This document shows, piece by piece, positions 16,401 through 34,278 of a stretch of 64,000 nt of DNA. Positions within the stretch are counted from its first letter, which is position 1; every line of letters begins with the position of its first letter. The notes under the pieces are model-generated. The model was not told the DNA's origin and made no database searches. It worked only from the letters and a program-made list of their open reading frames with translations. The stretch is from the human T2T-CHM13v2.0 reference genome, Homo sapiens: NCBI RefSeq assembly GCF_009914755.1, contig NC_060940.1. One strand, given 5' to 3'. Position numbers and translations under genes: made by a program.

Positions 16401-17383
16401 AAGATCCATCTGCAGTCTCCTGAAGATGTCACCCAGATTGCCCTGCCATCACCCCAGGGCCTTGAGTCACTCGCTTCTCTTGGTGTCTAGGCAGGCTTGA
16501 AGAAAATCAAACAGTACAAAATCATGCAAATTCAGACCTCTATTCCACCCCAGAGGAAAGTCCTGCTAGCAGTTTTTGTGTATTCTTCCAGAAATTTGCC
16601 TTGCAACGCGTTTGAGTATATAAATAATCCCAGAAAGGATGGGCCAGACACTAGCAGAAACTCACCACACACACTGCACTGGGCATGCAGAAACTGCAAA
16701 ATGTACTGGTGTGTGCTGTCACTGCATTCCTGGGTTTGGAGGTCTTCTGTGTCCCCAGCTGTCAGTATTGCCCACAGGCTGACCACTGAGCTCCTTCCAC
16801 AGCCGGCCCATATCACCCTCTTTCGAAGTGTGTCTGCAAGGCTAGATTATTAGAGTAATTTAAGTGTTTCTGCTTTGTGTTTTCTTTAATGAATTTTTTT
16901 ATGATGAAGTTCTTGTTTTAAAAATATACAGTGGTAATTAACATGTATGCATTTTTCTTAAAATGACCCCCCCAGTCCCTCTTCGGATGTGATCACTGTT
17001 AACAGTATCGTATATAGACCCTGTTCTGTGTGGGGCGGGCAGAGGGCTGGTTAGTGGGTGGAACATGCATACTCACAACCATATTTTTCACATGGGAAAA
17101 TATAAAGGTGACAACAAATCTCCTGGACTATAATCTCATCAAGCAGACAATAATCTCTGTTTCAAAAGTGGACAAATACATGCTGATTTTTTAAAAAAAA
17201 TTATAATAGTACAGAAAGATACAAAAATAAGTTAAAGTCTTCCTAACTCTCCTGCCTGTGCCCTCCACTGGGCAAAAGTCCCTGTCCCTAAGGTAATATC
17301 TGTTAACAGTTCTCCTTCCAGAAAACTTGCAATGCAAATAGGAACATTTTGTGTGTCTGCCTCTGTGTGTATGTGTTTACATG

Positions 17384-17384
<1 letters not shown>

Positions 17385-17416
<32 letters not shown>

Positions 17417-17698
17417 AGACAGAGTCTTGCTCTGTTATCCAGGCTGGAGTGCAGTGGCATGATCTCAGCTTGCTGTGATCTCTGCCTCCTGGGTTCAAGT
17501 GATTCTCATGCCTCAGCCTCCCGAGTAGCTGGAATTACAGGCGCCTGCCACCACACCCAGCTAATTTTTGTATTTTTAGTAGAGATGGGGTTTCGCCATG
17601 TTGGCCAGGCTGGTCTGAAACTCCTGACATCAAGTGATCTACCCGCCTCAGCCTCCCAAAGTGCTGGGATTACAGGTGTGAGCCACTGCTTCTGCCCC
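17385..17698 (-). mobile_element. AluS
   Basis: Full dimer with long T tract. Confidence 0.92.
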
Positions 17699-18988
17699 TG
17701 CACATGTCTAACGCACACAAAAGAGATTCTGCTGAACACATTTTTTATGCTTTTTCTTTCCAATTTAACATATTTGACATCTTTATCAGCTTATATAGCT
17801 TTATTTTTTTAAGAGGTTATTGGCTATAAAGGGAAAGTGCTTTATGGGTGCTTCTGTTGTTATTTAATTGGATCCTGTTGATGGACATTGATATCATTTC
17901 TAAATTTTTTAGTATCCTAATTAATCCTGTGGTGAGCATCCTTATACAGATATCCTTGTTCCCTCATGAAAATATTTCTGGAGGATGGAAAGAAGGGAAA
18001 TTTTAAAAATTATTTGTATAAACATTATCGTTTGTTAGTAGAATGACCTCAGGAGAGATTGTAGTAATTTATACTTCCCCACATGCATATGAATGCCTTT
18101 TCAATATATTGTTTCAAAATTGGATATCATGAACCTTAAGAGATAAATATATATGTATGTATTTTTTTTTTTTTTTTTTTTTGGTGGGGGCATGTCCTGT
18201 TATTGACAGTTTGTTTTGGTGGAGGGATGTCCTGTTATTGACAGTTATCGAATAGAACTTTGTCAGTTCCTTCATGTAAGGGATGAATTTGGTAATAAAA
18301 CAGGTCTGACTTCAGTTATGGAACTGGGAAAGCTGGACCTTGATGTGGAGGTGGGCTCAGACATGCTGTGTCTGGGCAGGTATCTCTTGGGAAGCAGTGT
18401 CATCCCTGAACAGAAACATGGATGAGCCGCAGGGGACGGTGCTGAGCAGAGGGGCTGGCCGTGGGTCATCTGCCTCCCTTGGCCTAGAAGGCACAAGGGA
18501 GCTTTCCACCTTGCCTTTGGTTTTGAGAATGCAGAAGCTACTAAGCAACTCACAGTGTGCCCAGGGTGGTCCAGCTGAAGGATGCGAAATGGTTCTTCCT
18601 TTTCCAGCCAAAGATCTTGAACCTCCCACCCCATGACAAGCATTATAAAATTCACATAATTTTGATAGGCTGGATTCCTTTTCTGTAGCAGATCTTTCCT
18701 CAGAACAGAAGTTTGTTTTTTTTTTTTTAACCTAAATTACCTGTGAGTTTTATTTTTTAAATATGGAATCTGTTTTTTGGACACCTCCTTGTCATATTAA
18801 ATGTTCTGTTATTAATTTTGAGATTTTAATGTAAATTTTACCCCAGCAAATTAATTTTGTTTCTCTTGCTCTCTCTTTTTTTTTTTTTGGCATCCTTTCC
18901 CATTGTATAGTGGTGCTCATTTTATCATATTGCTTTTATATGACTTTTCTTTTGTGAACAGGGATCTTGTTCACTTTTCCTTTTTTAA

Positions 18989-19290
<302 letters not shown>

Positions 19291-20545
19291 ACTTTTCCTT
19301 TTAACATAAAAACATTGATATCCTAGAGAGGGCACTGTATTTTGGGTACATACAGGTTCAGATCACGGAAGAGTTGTATTCTATACTTTTTTTCATCATT
19401 CTTAGTTCAGTATGATGTATTTTATAATTTCATATGAGAAACTGTAACAATGGGCATGTGTCATCCAGCAATACCTACTCATAAATCATATTAAATTTTG
19501 ATCCAAACATGGGAGAAACTGAAGTTTTCTCTGTGTACTTGGATGCTTTCAGAGGCATAAAATTATATTACCATGTGAAAGCAAGCCTACAAAATTCCTC
19601 AGGTGGTCCACTCTGCCACTCAAATGAGAGCCAGACTTACAGTGCACACTCTACAAACGGACTTCCAGCTCGTCAGGGTATTTTAAGTGCCTGAATATGC
19701 AAGGCACTGTGCCAGTAAAATTACTCAGTCCTGAGGATAGAGCCTGTTAGAATTATTTTAAAATCTGTACTTGAAGTTTATTTCCTCAGTATTCCAAGAT
19801 ATTTTATCTGGTTGTTCTCTGAGTATTTCACACGTAGCTAGTTACATATAGGTGAGATGGTGATGCTTGTGCCTGGTGTGGATGAGAAACTGAGCCTGGC
19901 AGACCCGAGATTGGATTTCCTCTTCTGACTTTGCAAGTGTGGCTTTGCTTTAATAATAGCCCTCCTCTTTTTCTGTATTCCTCTTTTCTCCTTCCAGTGT
20001 GGCAAATATGCATCAATCAAAATACAATAACCTGTGGAACCATTTTTTCTAAAATAGGAAGGTGGTGCCATGGGCTATTGATTGTTGAGGGTAGTCTTTA
20101 GAGCCTGTCTTATAAATCTATAATAATTCCCCCCAAATTAATGTGCTAGTTAGAACCCTAGAATTGCAGCACTGAAAGTGAATTTTAGAATCTTTTCCAA
20201 CTTTTTACCAAGCTCAGAAAGCCCTTTTATTGGACCTTTGTTTGCCTCATGGTCATCTGGTTTCTTTATGCTGGTAGTAACAGGAACCTTACTAACCTAC
20301 AAGGTGACCCAGTCCATCCTGGGCAGCTGTGATCATTGGAAAGCTCTGAATCATTCATCTGGAAGCTGCCTGTGGCAGAATAGTACAGAACATATGCATT
20401 GCACACACTACAAAACTGCTTTAAATAAGTGTTCCTTTTCATTGTTAGATGGAAGTGACCCAGGGCAAGGATCATGTTTTATGAGCCAGTTTTCTCCTAG
20501 TGCCTTGAACATAGGCACTTGGTAGTGTTTAGAGAATGAATTGTC

Positions 20546-20837
20546 TTTTTTTTTTTTGAGACAAAGTCTCACTCCATTGCCCAGGCTGGATTGCAGTGGC
20601 ACGGTGTCAGCTCACTGCAGCCTCCACCTCCCAAGTTGAAGTGATTTTTGTGCCTCATCCTCCCGAGGAGCTGGAATTACAGGCATGCGCCACCACACCC
20701 AGCTAATTTTTATATTTTTAGTAGAGATGGGGTTTTGCGTGTTGGCCAGATGGTCTCCAACTCCTGGCCTCAGGCGATCTGCCTGCCTCAGCCTCCCAAA
20801 GTGCTGGGATTACAGGCGTGAGCCACTGCACCTGGCC
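20546..20837 (-). mobile_element. AluS
   Basis: Full dimer; TSD agagaatgaatt. Confidence 0.92.
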
Positions 20838-23088
20838 AGAGAATGAATTCTTAATAAGTTTCTTATGACTTCAGATTGACTGGCAGTTGTGCTAAATATT
20901 TTTTGCCTTTATTTGAATTAGAAAATTCGTAAGGGGGCCTTGAGAGTAGATGCAGTCACATTTAGGAGATTTTTCCCCCCCATTGGTTAAAATGCAGTTT
21001 TTCTATGGATCTGCTTTAGAACTACAAATAAACTCCGATCACTCACAGCAGACTACGCAATGAGATAAGAAGCAGTCCATTTGTTCTGTCGTTTATTCAT
21101 GGCCCTCATCTTTGCCAGCCAACCTGTGCAGAAGAGCACAGCAAAGCATAAGCTTCCTAACAGCTATTCCCATTCAGCTGCTGTCTTCAAGAAGCAGAAG
21201 GGTTTAGATAACCTTAGAGAACATAATCAAACCTGGGAAACTCAAATCAAAACAAAACTTCGAAACGGAGGTTGAAGGTCCTGAGGTACCCAGAGGCATA
21301 GCAAGGAAAACGTCCCCACTGGGATATCTTCTGGATTCACCTACAGACCTCTCTGGAGTTTTAAGATCCACGTTTTATGACATATTGCATAGCAAACAGG
21401 CCGAACGCTGTTGTAAATCATCCTCTACGAAAGGCCCAGGTTTTGAAACTGAAGGCCTGAAAAGGCTCCTGCTTACCAGCTGTGTGCTGTACCTGACACA
21501 CTGAAGCCTGAGAGTGCCAGTCACCTGTCAGAGGGAACACAGCTGCCCTCAGGCAGAACCTGAGTCTAGAACTCAAGGTTTTTGACTCTTAGGCTAAAAA
21601 TAAAAAATCAGAAGGAGGAACTATGGATTGCTTAATCAGTCACATTTTCACTTTCTAAGGTTTCTTGTAGCAAAAGTTATAGTCTTTGGGGATTGGGATG
21701 TAGACACTTTTTTTTCCTTCCCTAAAACAATTTTTGGCCTGCCAGTTTTTCCAGCTTCCTGCTCTGGACCCTGAAGTTGCCATGCAGTTGCAGACATGCT
21801 CCTCCTTCAAGGCTCTGTTAAGCTGTGGCTGCCCTTCCTTACCACTGCTGTGCCCCAGGCCAAACCCCCTGCCCCTCCTTCCCCTAAGGCACTTTGCACC
21901 TGTTGCTCCGAGCCTTCTGGTCTATCCCAGTTGGTAGAGTCCCTGTGCTTACCTCTGTGGCTCAGTCCTCGTGGGTGGTCAGTGCTCTAGGGAAGGTGAG
22001 CTGACCACTTCACTTTCCCTTCCCAGCCATAGCTCTTCACAGCCTCACCAACTTAGAAAGGAATGCTGCTTTTCTCTCTGTCCCCCGTCCTGACTATGTT
22101 CAAGTCATTGCTCAGCCCAGTGAGTTTGTCCTTTCTTCCAGACCAGTAGTTTTCCCCCAGTCCCTCAGGCTTCAGCCCTTGAAGGCATCCTTAGCCCCCC
22201 ACCACCATGATAGTCAGGCGCTGCGCCTATCCGCAGGGTGTGGGTATGTGTGTGTCTTTTGTTTCTGGAGCCCATTCCTTTCCTTCCACCAGCCTCTAGG
22301 CCTTCATCCAATCCTTTTGCAACTCAGTGATTCATGACTTTTCCCTGCATCCAGTCTAGTCTCTTTGCTGGTCCATTGTTTCCATAGTTGCCAGTTTAAT
22401 CTTCTTAAAATGCTGCATTTTTGAAGTCAGTCTCTTTTGGTCCCTCTCAGAAACATTTAAATAGCTATCTGTTGCCACAGGGGGAAAGCTTGAACCTCTT
22501 AGCCAGTCATTCAGAGCCTGCCCTCTGCTGGGGCCTGCTTTCCTCTACAGATGCTTCTCCCACTCTGCCTGCCACAGCCCTTGTAGCTGGCTGATTGCCC
22601 TGTACCTCGCAGGCTCTGGAAGTCTTCAGCTCCTTCATGGAGCCTTTGCCAGCCATTCTTTTCAAGACTTTGCTGTTGTTCACTGCCTGATTTGTTCATT
22701 TGACACTTAATTCACTGAGCAAACATTATGAAAGATGTACTGTTTGCTACTGTGAGGAATGGATCCCCAAGAGATAAGAGGGTCAGTCCCTACTGCCAGG
22801 AAACTTGCCTGTGTCACCTGGGTTCAGTATCTTGTGTCTATTAGATCAGAAGTGGAAAGGCAGAGGCCAGCCCGTATGCTTGTTTTATTTTATTTAAATC
22901 ACCAGCACCCCAGCAAGTGTTTTGCACAGGAAATTTCTCATTATTTAATTATTTTGGGTTTTTTGATTAAATTCTGTACATTCCCATTTTAGCTTATCTT
23001 GAGTTATAACATTAAAATTAAGGTAGTCATCAGCTGAATTATAAGACTTAATTAGATAAGATTATTTAAGATAGTGATTTCTCATTAG

Positions 23089-23304
<216 letters not shown>

Positions 23305-23868
23305 TAGAAGCCTATCTGCTGGTATCTCATGCTAGTCCTCACATGCAAGTAGAAGTGCTCTGTAGAGTTGTGGTCTAATTAAATTTTAAAGGCAAACAAT
23401 TTTCTGCAGTCTTTAGAATTGAGGCTTCCTAACTATTTTCATTGGATTGGATGACTAACAACTATTTTTTTTTTGTAGTGCTAATAGCAACTACTAAAGG
23501 CAAGCTATCCTTAGAAATTATTAGTGTAAAGAGAAGAAAGACAAATCAAACCTCATTGTTGTAGTGGTCTGTTATTGGATATGATATATCAAAACCTCAT
23601 TACTACTTAGTTCCAGCCTGCCAGGGTAAACATTATATAATTGTTTACAGCTAAATGAAAATGTCAAGTAAGAACTTTTGTCACTTGAAGTTCATTTCCT
23701 TTGGCTAATGCACGCATAAGTCTTTTCTTATTTCTTTCCTGAAATTGCCATTTTTCATCTCTCTCAGACCAGCTAATTGCCTTTTAGACAGCTCCCAGTC
23801 AGTGAACAAAATGATTACTCAGGATTTCTTCTTGGCTTATTTGTCGTTTTTGTTACTGGTACTAAGTC

Positions 23869-24164
23869 TTTTGTTTTTTGTTTTTGAGATGGGGTCTCAC
23901 TCTGTTGCTGAGGCTGGAGTGCAATAGTGCGATCACGACTTACTGCAGCCTCGATTTCCTGGGCTCAGGTGATCCACCTCAGCATCCCGAGTAGCTGGGA
24001 CTGCAGGTGCACGCCACCACACTTAGCTAATTTTTGTATTTTTTTGTAGAGACTGAGTCTCACTATGTTGCCCAGGTTGGTCTTGAACTCCTGGGTTCAA
24101 GCAATGTGCCCGCCTTGGCCTCCCAAAGTGCTAGGATTACAGGTGTGAGCCACCACACTTGGCC
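23869..24164 (-). mobile_element. AluJ
   Basis: Full dimer; TSD tgttactggtactaagt. Confidence 0.92.
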
Positions 24165-24495
24165 TGTTACTGGTACTAAGTTAATACGTCACTTTTTAGG
24201 GCACTTTGAGGGCCTGTTCTACAATTTTGTGTATGCAAAGAAGTACACAAAATAATACTAATAAAATCCATTACTTTGTGTTTGTAGCTTTTCTTCAGGC
24301 ACTGTCCTGGGTGGTGGTGGGAAGCTAGGGAAGGTTTTTTTCCAATTGGCAAAACAAAGAAGTTTCATTGTATGTAAAACTTGCAAGTATATGACAGTAT
24401 GTATATGACACTGTAGGTAAAGGGAAAAGGCAAGGGTACTAATGTTTTATGAGCAATGACCATACATCGCATTCTTTCTCCTATGTGATCCAAAT

Positions 24496-24699
24496 CAGTG
24501 GTTCTCAGCTAGTGGCTATTTTGTTCTCCAGGGGGCATTTGGCAATGTCCGAGACATTTTTGATTGTCCTGACTGGGTACGCACTGCTAGTACCTAGTGG
24601 GTAGAGGCCATGGATGCCATCAGCCATTCTATGATGAACAGTATAGGCCCTTACAACAAAGAATTATCCACCCCCAAATGCCAATGTTGAGAAGCCGTG
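24496..24699 (+). mobile_element. MER20 DNA transposon
   Basis: cagtggttctca...catttggcaatgtccgagacattttt...caacaaagaattatcc...gttgagaagccgtg. Confidence 0.85.
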
Positions 24700-24852
24700 A
24701 TCTAACTTAACCCTTATCTTTCTTAGGTGGAGGTTGATTATCTATCTATCTCTTTCTCTCCAGCCAGCCAGGCAGCCATCATCTGTCTACCTACAGATGA
24801 GGAACATGAGCTTGTGGTTAGGTTCCCAGGTCCATCTCGCCTCAGAGGTTGA

Positions 24853-25334
<482 letters not shown>

Positions 25335-25457
25335 TGATCCCAATTTAGTAATCTATTCGAAGACTCCTGCTTAGAGAACAAAAATGAAGGATTTGTGATT
25401 GTGTCTCTGGATAATGAGGGAACATTAGTGATCTGAACTGCTTCTGAAAGTTTCCTG

Positions 25458-25790
25458 TGGTTGGCTTTCTGTATCCACAGGTACCACACCTCCATATTAA
25501 ACCAACAATGGATTGAAAATATTCAGAAAAAACTATAAAAATAACAATGTACCAATAAAAACAATACAAATTATTTTAAAAATACAGTATAACAACTATT
25601 TAGGTAGCATTTACATCATACTTGGTATTATAGGTATTATAAGTAATCTAAAGATGATGTAAAGTACATGGGAGGACTAGCATAGGTTGCATGCAAATAC
25701 TCTACCATTTTATAGCAGGGACTCAAGCATCTTCAGATTTTGGCATGGTGGGACTGGAACCAATCTCCTGCCGATACCAAGGGACAACTG
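25458..25790. mobile_element. MER2/Tigger-family DNA transposon
   Basis: ggaaccaatc...gataccaagggacaactg terminus followed by TA; internal tattataagtaatcta. Confidence 0.8.
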
Positions 25791-26027
25791 TATTTTGGTC
25801 TATGTGTTTCATATTGAACCAGATAAGTTTAAATTATATTCAGAATGTCTGCTTGTGAAACAGAATCCCCGCTTCATGAAGCTTGGGGTTAGAAAAAAAT
25901 GCTCTTGTCATACCAAAAAGTACCAGTAGAGGGTAGCAAAAACTGACATTTCTCCATATCTTGGTGACTCAATATGATAACAACTTCTGATAACTCAATA
26001 TAATAACAACTTCTTTTTCTGTTTCAG

Positions 26028-26074
26028 GTCCAGATATTTGGAAGTTTTAAAACTGGACTTTATTTACCTACTAG
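26028..26074 (+). CDS. TENT4B: TENT4B coding exon 3 (VQIFGSFKTGLYLPTS; NTase GS motif)
   Basis: tttcag acceptor; ag|gttagt donor; 47 nt keeps frame with neighbours. Confidence 0.95.
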
Positions 26075-26167
26075 GTTAGTACACTCATGAATCTTTCAAA
26101 GGACTTTTCTTAGAGTGTATTCATTTTGGCTGTCAAATTTGTAAGGAGTAGAAACAAAACAAATTTA

Positions 26168-26512
<345 letters not shown>

Positions 26513-27819
26513 TTACCTTGAAGTAGAATATCACTTCACATCATCTTACCAAGACATAGATGGTACAGAGAGATGGAAAAGGGATCATGTTGCAATGGAA
26601 TCAATTAGTTACTAATTTTAGAAATTGACTGCCTGGCAGAGTATTGCTCAGTCCCATAACTTAACCCACTGACACAGATGTTAATGTAGTATCATGATAA
26701 AATGTCTGATTATATATCCTCTTGAATGTGAGTTCCCGCTGTCTTGCTCACTCACTCTTACACTCACCCTCGCTTTCAAATTAAGAACTCATTCTACTAG
26801 TTATGGCTCCAGCATCCTGATCCAGAAATTCAGGGTACAGATCTCTTCTCTGAGAAAGATCTTGGCCTTTCAGGACTGTTGTTCAGTTTCAGTCTTCTCA
26901 AATGAGACCTCTTGTGACGCACAGCCTTGGAGGCTCTCTTTTGGGAAATGATAATGTTTCTCCAAAGGGTGAATACTTGCTCTCTAAGAATTGAAATTGT
27001 TTGAACATTCCATCATGGTTATTATTATTATTACCTTAAATTTTAATCTCTCCAGAATAAAGTCAGCATCATGTTTTTCCATTTGAGCTTGATTTGGTAT
27101 ACTTTACCCCAACTTAAAGTGTGCTGAAGTGGATGGACCCTGGCAATTTCCGTTCTTCTCATAGATGCCCTTGGCCTGCAAAAGTCATAAAATACTCAAC
27201 TTCGAGTTAATATTTCTTATTTAGGTTGTCAGCATCAGTAAAACATGAAAAATCACCTTTCTTAAAAAATTTAATTAAATTTTATGAATAGGTAGTACAT
27301 TCACATAGTTCACATTTGGAAAAGGCACAAAAATCAATACAGGGAAAAGTCTCAGTCCCACCTCTGCCCCCTGGTTCTCCTTGGAACAGCCGCTTTTACC
27401 AGTTTCTCACATATCCTTTCAGAGATATCTGTGCATATAAAAGGACATGTGTGTATATTAACACAAATGGTAGCATGCTGGATACCTGTTCTGCATCCAG
27501 CTTAAAGCACTTCATAATATTTCTGAGTTGCAATTAATCTCATCCGGATAGGAAAATCATTATGTCTAGTACCACAAGCGTTTATTAAAGAAAATACATG
27601 AAGTGCTTTTTGTTTTTTTTTCTTTGAGGTTTTACTTCTTTCAAAATCACCCTATTTCCTGAGGCCTGAATTCTGTGAAATGACTGAGAGGAGGAGTTTG
27701 TTAAAATCAACAACTACTATTTCCCTTCTCCACAAAACCATTATCACCAACACATTTAGTCTTCGTTGGCCAGGGTGGGAAATAGGTTTTAATTGTACTA
27801 ATGAAGTCTATAAGCATGA

Positions 27820-28101
<282 letters not shown>

Positions 28102-28159
28102 TGATTCTTTCATTTTGTTAATGTCACCGTGCTTGCACATAAAAAGTTTTCTGGTTGTC

Positions 28160-28680
28160 CACACTGGAGTGTGACCATACAATCTCGGCTCACTACAACC
28201 TGTGCCTCCTCGGCTCAAGTGATCCTTCTACCTCAGCCTCTTGGGGAGCTGTACTACAAACACAACCTGCCATGCCTGGCTAATTTTGTTGTATTTTTTG
28301 TAGAGACGGGGTTTCACCGTGTTACCCAGACTGATCTCCAACTCCTGGGCTCAAGTGATCCACCCACCTCTGCCTCCCAAAATGCTGGGATTACAGGCGT
28401 GAGCCACTGCACCTGGTCTGCATTTCTTTTCACAGCAGCAAAATATGCAATTTTATTATACACAGTACTCACTGTAGAGATTTTTGTTTTATTCATTTTT
28501 TTTAGAGAGATACAGTCTCACTATGTTGCCCAGGCTGGTCTCTAACTCCTGGACTCAAGTGATCCTCCCACCTCAGCCTTATGTGTATCTGGGACTAAGG
28601 CGCACCCTACCACGCCCTGCTTATTTAAAAAATTTTTTTTTGTAGAGATAGGGTCTCCCTGTGTTGCCCAAGTTAGGCCA
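28160..28680 (-). mobile_element. AluJ and Alu fragments (intron 4)
   Basis: Antisense Alu text. Confidence 0.8.
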
Positions 28681-28959
28681 TTTTTTGAAAAGAACTGCTG
28701 ATAGCTCATGTAAATAATCCTGTCAGCTTTTTAGAATAATTTTTATATTTTATCTTGTCAGGTTGTTTTTTGGGCTATTTGCAAAACTGACCAGTAATGC
28801 AAGTGGGTTGTAGTGTACACCTTAAGAATCCAGCAATTTTCTTATTAGAAACAGTTTGATGATACAAAACATTTAATACCTGGCATTCCTAGTTCTTCAT
28901 CTTATACTCAGAAAGTGTTCTCCAAATTATTGAGGAAGGTTTTTGTTCATTTTAAAATT

Positions 28960-29110
28960 ATCATTATAACTATATGTCAACTAATAAATGAGATGATGGG
29001 CATATTAATTTATTTAACTGTAGTAATCACTTCAGTATGTATATCAAGATAAGTATATCAAAACATGTACACCTTAAATATAAACAATAAAAATAAATAA
29101 TAAAAAATTG
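28960..29110 (+). mobile_element. L1M 3' end with A-rich tail
   Basis: tgtagtaatcacttc...catgtacaccttaaatata + aataaa tail. Confidence 0.65.
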
Positions 29111-29358
29111 GACACCAAACAAAATTCTCGGTTGATAGAAATTATACTGTAATATACTGTATGGGACCCAGTGCTAAATATGCAGCATATAGTATTTGTA
29201 GCAGACCAGGTTTACTGGGGTGTGCCATATTTAGAATACTCAGTGTTCTTATGCTCTCATGAGATGATGGAGACCTCATGTCTAGTAGGCTTCCATCCCC
29301 TGATTTTATCATTTAATCTGGTTAAAGCATTTACATTTTACCTTTCTTCTCTTTATAG

Positions 29359-29508
<150 letters not shown>

Positions 29509-29560
29509 TAATTTTAAGATTCTGTTGTGGTGGTGTTCTAATATTTTTATATGCATGTTG

Positions 29561-29940
<380 letters not shown>

Positions 29941-30073
29941 TAACTTATAATGTGACCTCAAGTAAGAATTAAAAGTTGAGAAAGCTTTTGAAGAAATTGT
30001 CTGCTCTAGATCCTTCCTTGTAGAGACAGAAGAGATGGAATTCTACTACACAGTTGATTCCATCTGTTTTTAA

Positions 30074-30471
<398 letters not shown>

Positions 30472-31459
30472 TGTACTTTTTTTTTTCCTAAACAGGAAAT
30501 AGGTTAAGAGTTTTAAGAGCCTTTTCTAGATTTCAATCCCTAAATTACCTTTAAGGTGTTTCCTACAGGCTTCCTTACTTCTGTTTTGAAATTATTTAAG
30601 TTTATTTCTATTCTGTTTTCTTCCAAGATAGAGAATAATTTGTCACCATCATCTGTGGAACATTTTACATACTTAGGTAGTTGTCAGCTTTCTCACCTCT
30701 AACCTAAGCCATTAACTCCTTTGGCTTCTGTTAGAATATTCACAATTTTTTTTTTCTGTAGCAGCTCTAAAGTTTCTATTTCTTCTTTTTTGTTTTTTAA
30801 GAAAAAAATGTTAACTACTTGATGTTACAAGCATTATCATCTTGCATAAATGTATGGAAGACAGAAAAGCAGAAAAATAAAAGAAAGATTATCCATAATC
30901 GCACTATATTGGGGGTGTGTGTGTGTGTGTCTGTCTAATATTTTCTTTTTCTGGAAAAAACTTTTAAAAATTGAAATTCATATGCATGATAACATTCATC
31001 AGTATAAAGAGACAGTGTAAAGTGAGTCACCCTTACACCATAGATACTTAGATCATTTTTACAGAATTTCTCATTGCCAATTATTGTTTTTTGCGTTGCT
31101 TTTTTATGTTCTTTAAAATTATAAGCAAAAGGAGTAGCACATTATACACACATTGTCTTATAACTTCATAAAAACTTAATGTTTTGGAGGTTTCTTCCAT
31201 ATTAGCACATACAGGCTTGCTTTATTCTTTTTGTTGGTTACACAGGCAGTAGTCTTTTATAAGGCTGTGACTGCTTGATTTAGCAGTTCTTCAGTATTGT
31301 TCCAGTTTTCTTTTGCTATTAGAAAAAGGGATTGATGAATATACTTCCATACATGCATCTTGCTTTACACATGCAAAATGTTTGTAGAAAGATTCCCAAA
31401 AGCAAAATTTTGAGGTCGAAGGGTATATCCAGATAAAATTCTGTTGGATATTTCCCTAA

Positions 31460-31654
31460 TTATTTATTCTTTCATATTCTCATTTTCTCTCTCTCCCTCC
31501 CCCTTTTCTTCTCCCTCCCCCTCTTCCTCTATCCCTCCCTTTCCCTTTTCTCTCTTTTTCTTTCCCTCCCTTTTCTTTTCTCTTTTCTCTTCTTCCTTTT
31601 TCTTCCTTCCCCTTTCCCTTTTCCTTCCTTCTGCTTCCTTTTTTTCCTTTCTTT

Positions 31655-31660
<6 letters not shown>
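31460..31660. repeat. ~200 bp CT-rich low-complexity tract
   Basis: Almost pure pyrimidine run abutting an Alu tail. Confidence 0.9.
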
Positions 31661-32703
<1,043 letters not shown>

Positions 32704-32824
32704 TAGTTTGATACAATTTGCAAAAGTATAAGCTTTTTTTTCTTTTTTATAGAAGCCATGCGTGTTCATTGTAGGACATCTAGAAAACAGAGATAAGAGT
32801 AAAGAAAAAAAAATGGAAATCACC

Positions 32825-33075
32825 GGCCAGGTGCTATGTTTCACACCTGTAATCCCAACACTTTGGGAGGCCCAGACAGGCAGATCATTTGAGCTTAGGA
32901 GTTCAAGACCAGCCCGGGCAATGTGGTGAAACCCTGTCTCTACAAAAATACAAAAATTAGCTGGGCATGGTGGGCTGAGGTCGGAGGATCACTTGAGCCC
33001 AGGAGCTGGAGATTGCAATGAGCCAAGATTCTGCTACTGTACTCCAGCCTGGGTGACAGAATGAGGGGGAAAAAA
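32825..33075 (+). mobile_element. Alu (intron 5, internal deletion)
   Basis: Sense dimer; TSD aaatggaaatcac. Confidence 0.88.
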
Positions 33076-33449
33076 ATGGAAATCACTAGTAATTTTACCA
33101 CCCTAAGTAATAATAGCTGTTAAGACTTCTTTGAAGATGTTGTGCCTGCTTTGTTTCCCTCCGTGGCCCCAGCCTATGGCATGGTTTACAGAGGAGTGAA
33201 TGAATATGTGCACAGCAAAAGGTGGACTCATTCTGTACATACTTGCCCACTCAGGTGTTCTCTCGGGTAGCCCTGCCTCATTCCCTGTGAAGCGTGGAAG
33301 GGAGGGGTGGTCTGTGTGTAGTCATCAGCCCATGTGCAAGTCAGCAGGCAGGACTCTTGTTTGCCCCAGGGCTGTGGCAGAATAATCTAAAGGTCGCTAG
33401 TCTACAGTGGTACATCACCAAGAAAAGTGATTCTTAAAAATCTCACTGA

Positions 33450-33999
<550 letters not shown>

Positions 34000-34104
34000 T
34001 AGAAAATTAAGTATGTTGTATATCTCTACCAAATTTTATAATGTAAGGACCAATTTATGCCCCTCTTAATGCTTAGATCTGTTGCTGATACAGGAATTCA
34101 TTGA

Positions 34105-34278
<174 letters not shown>

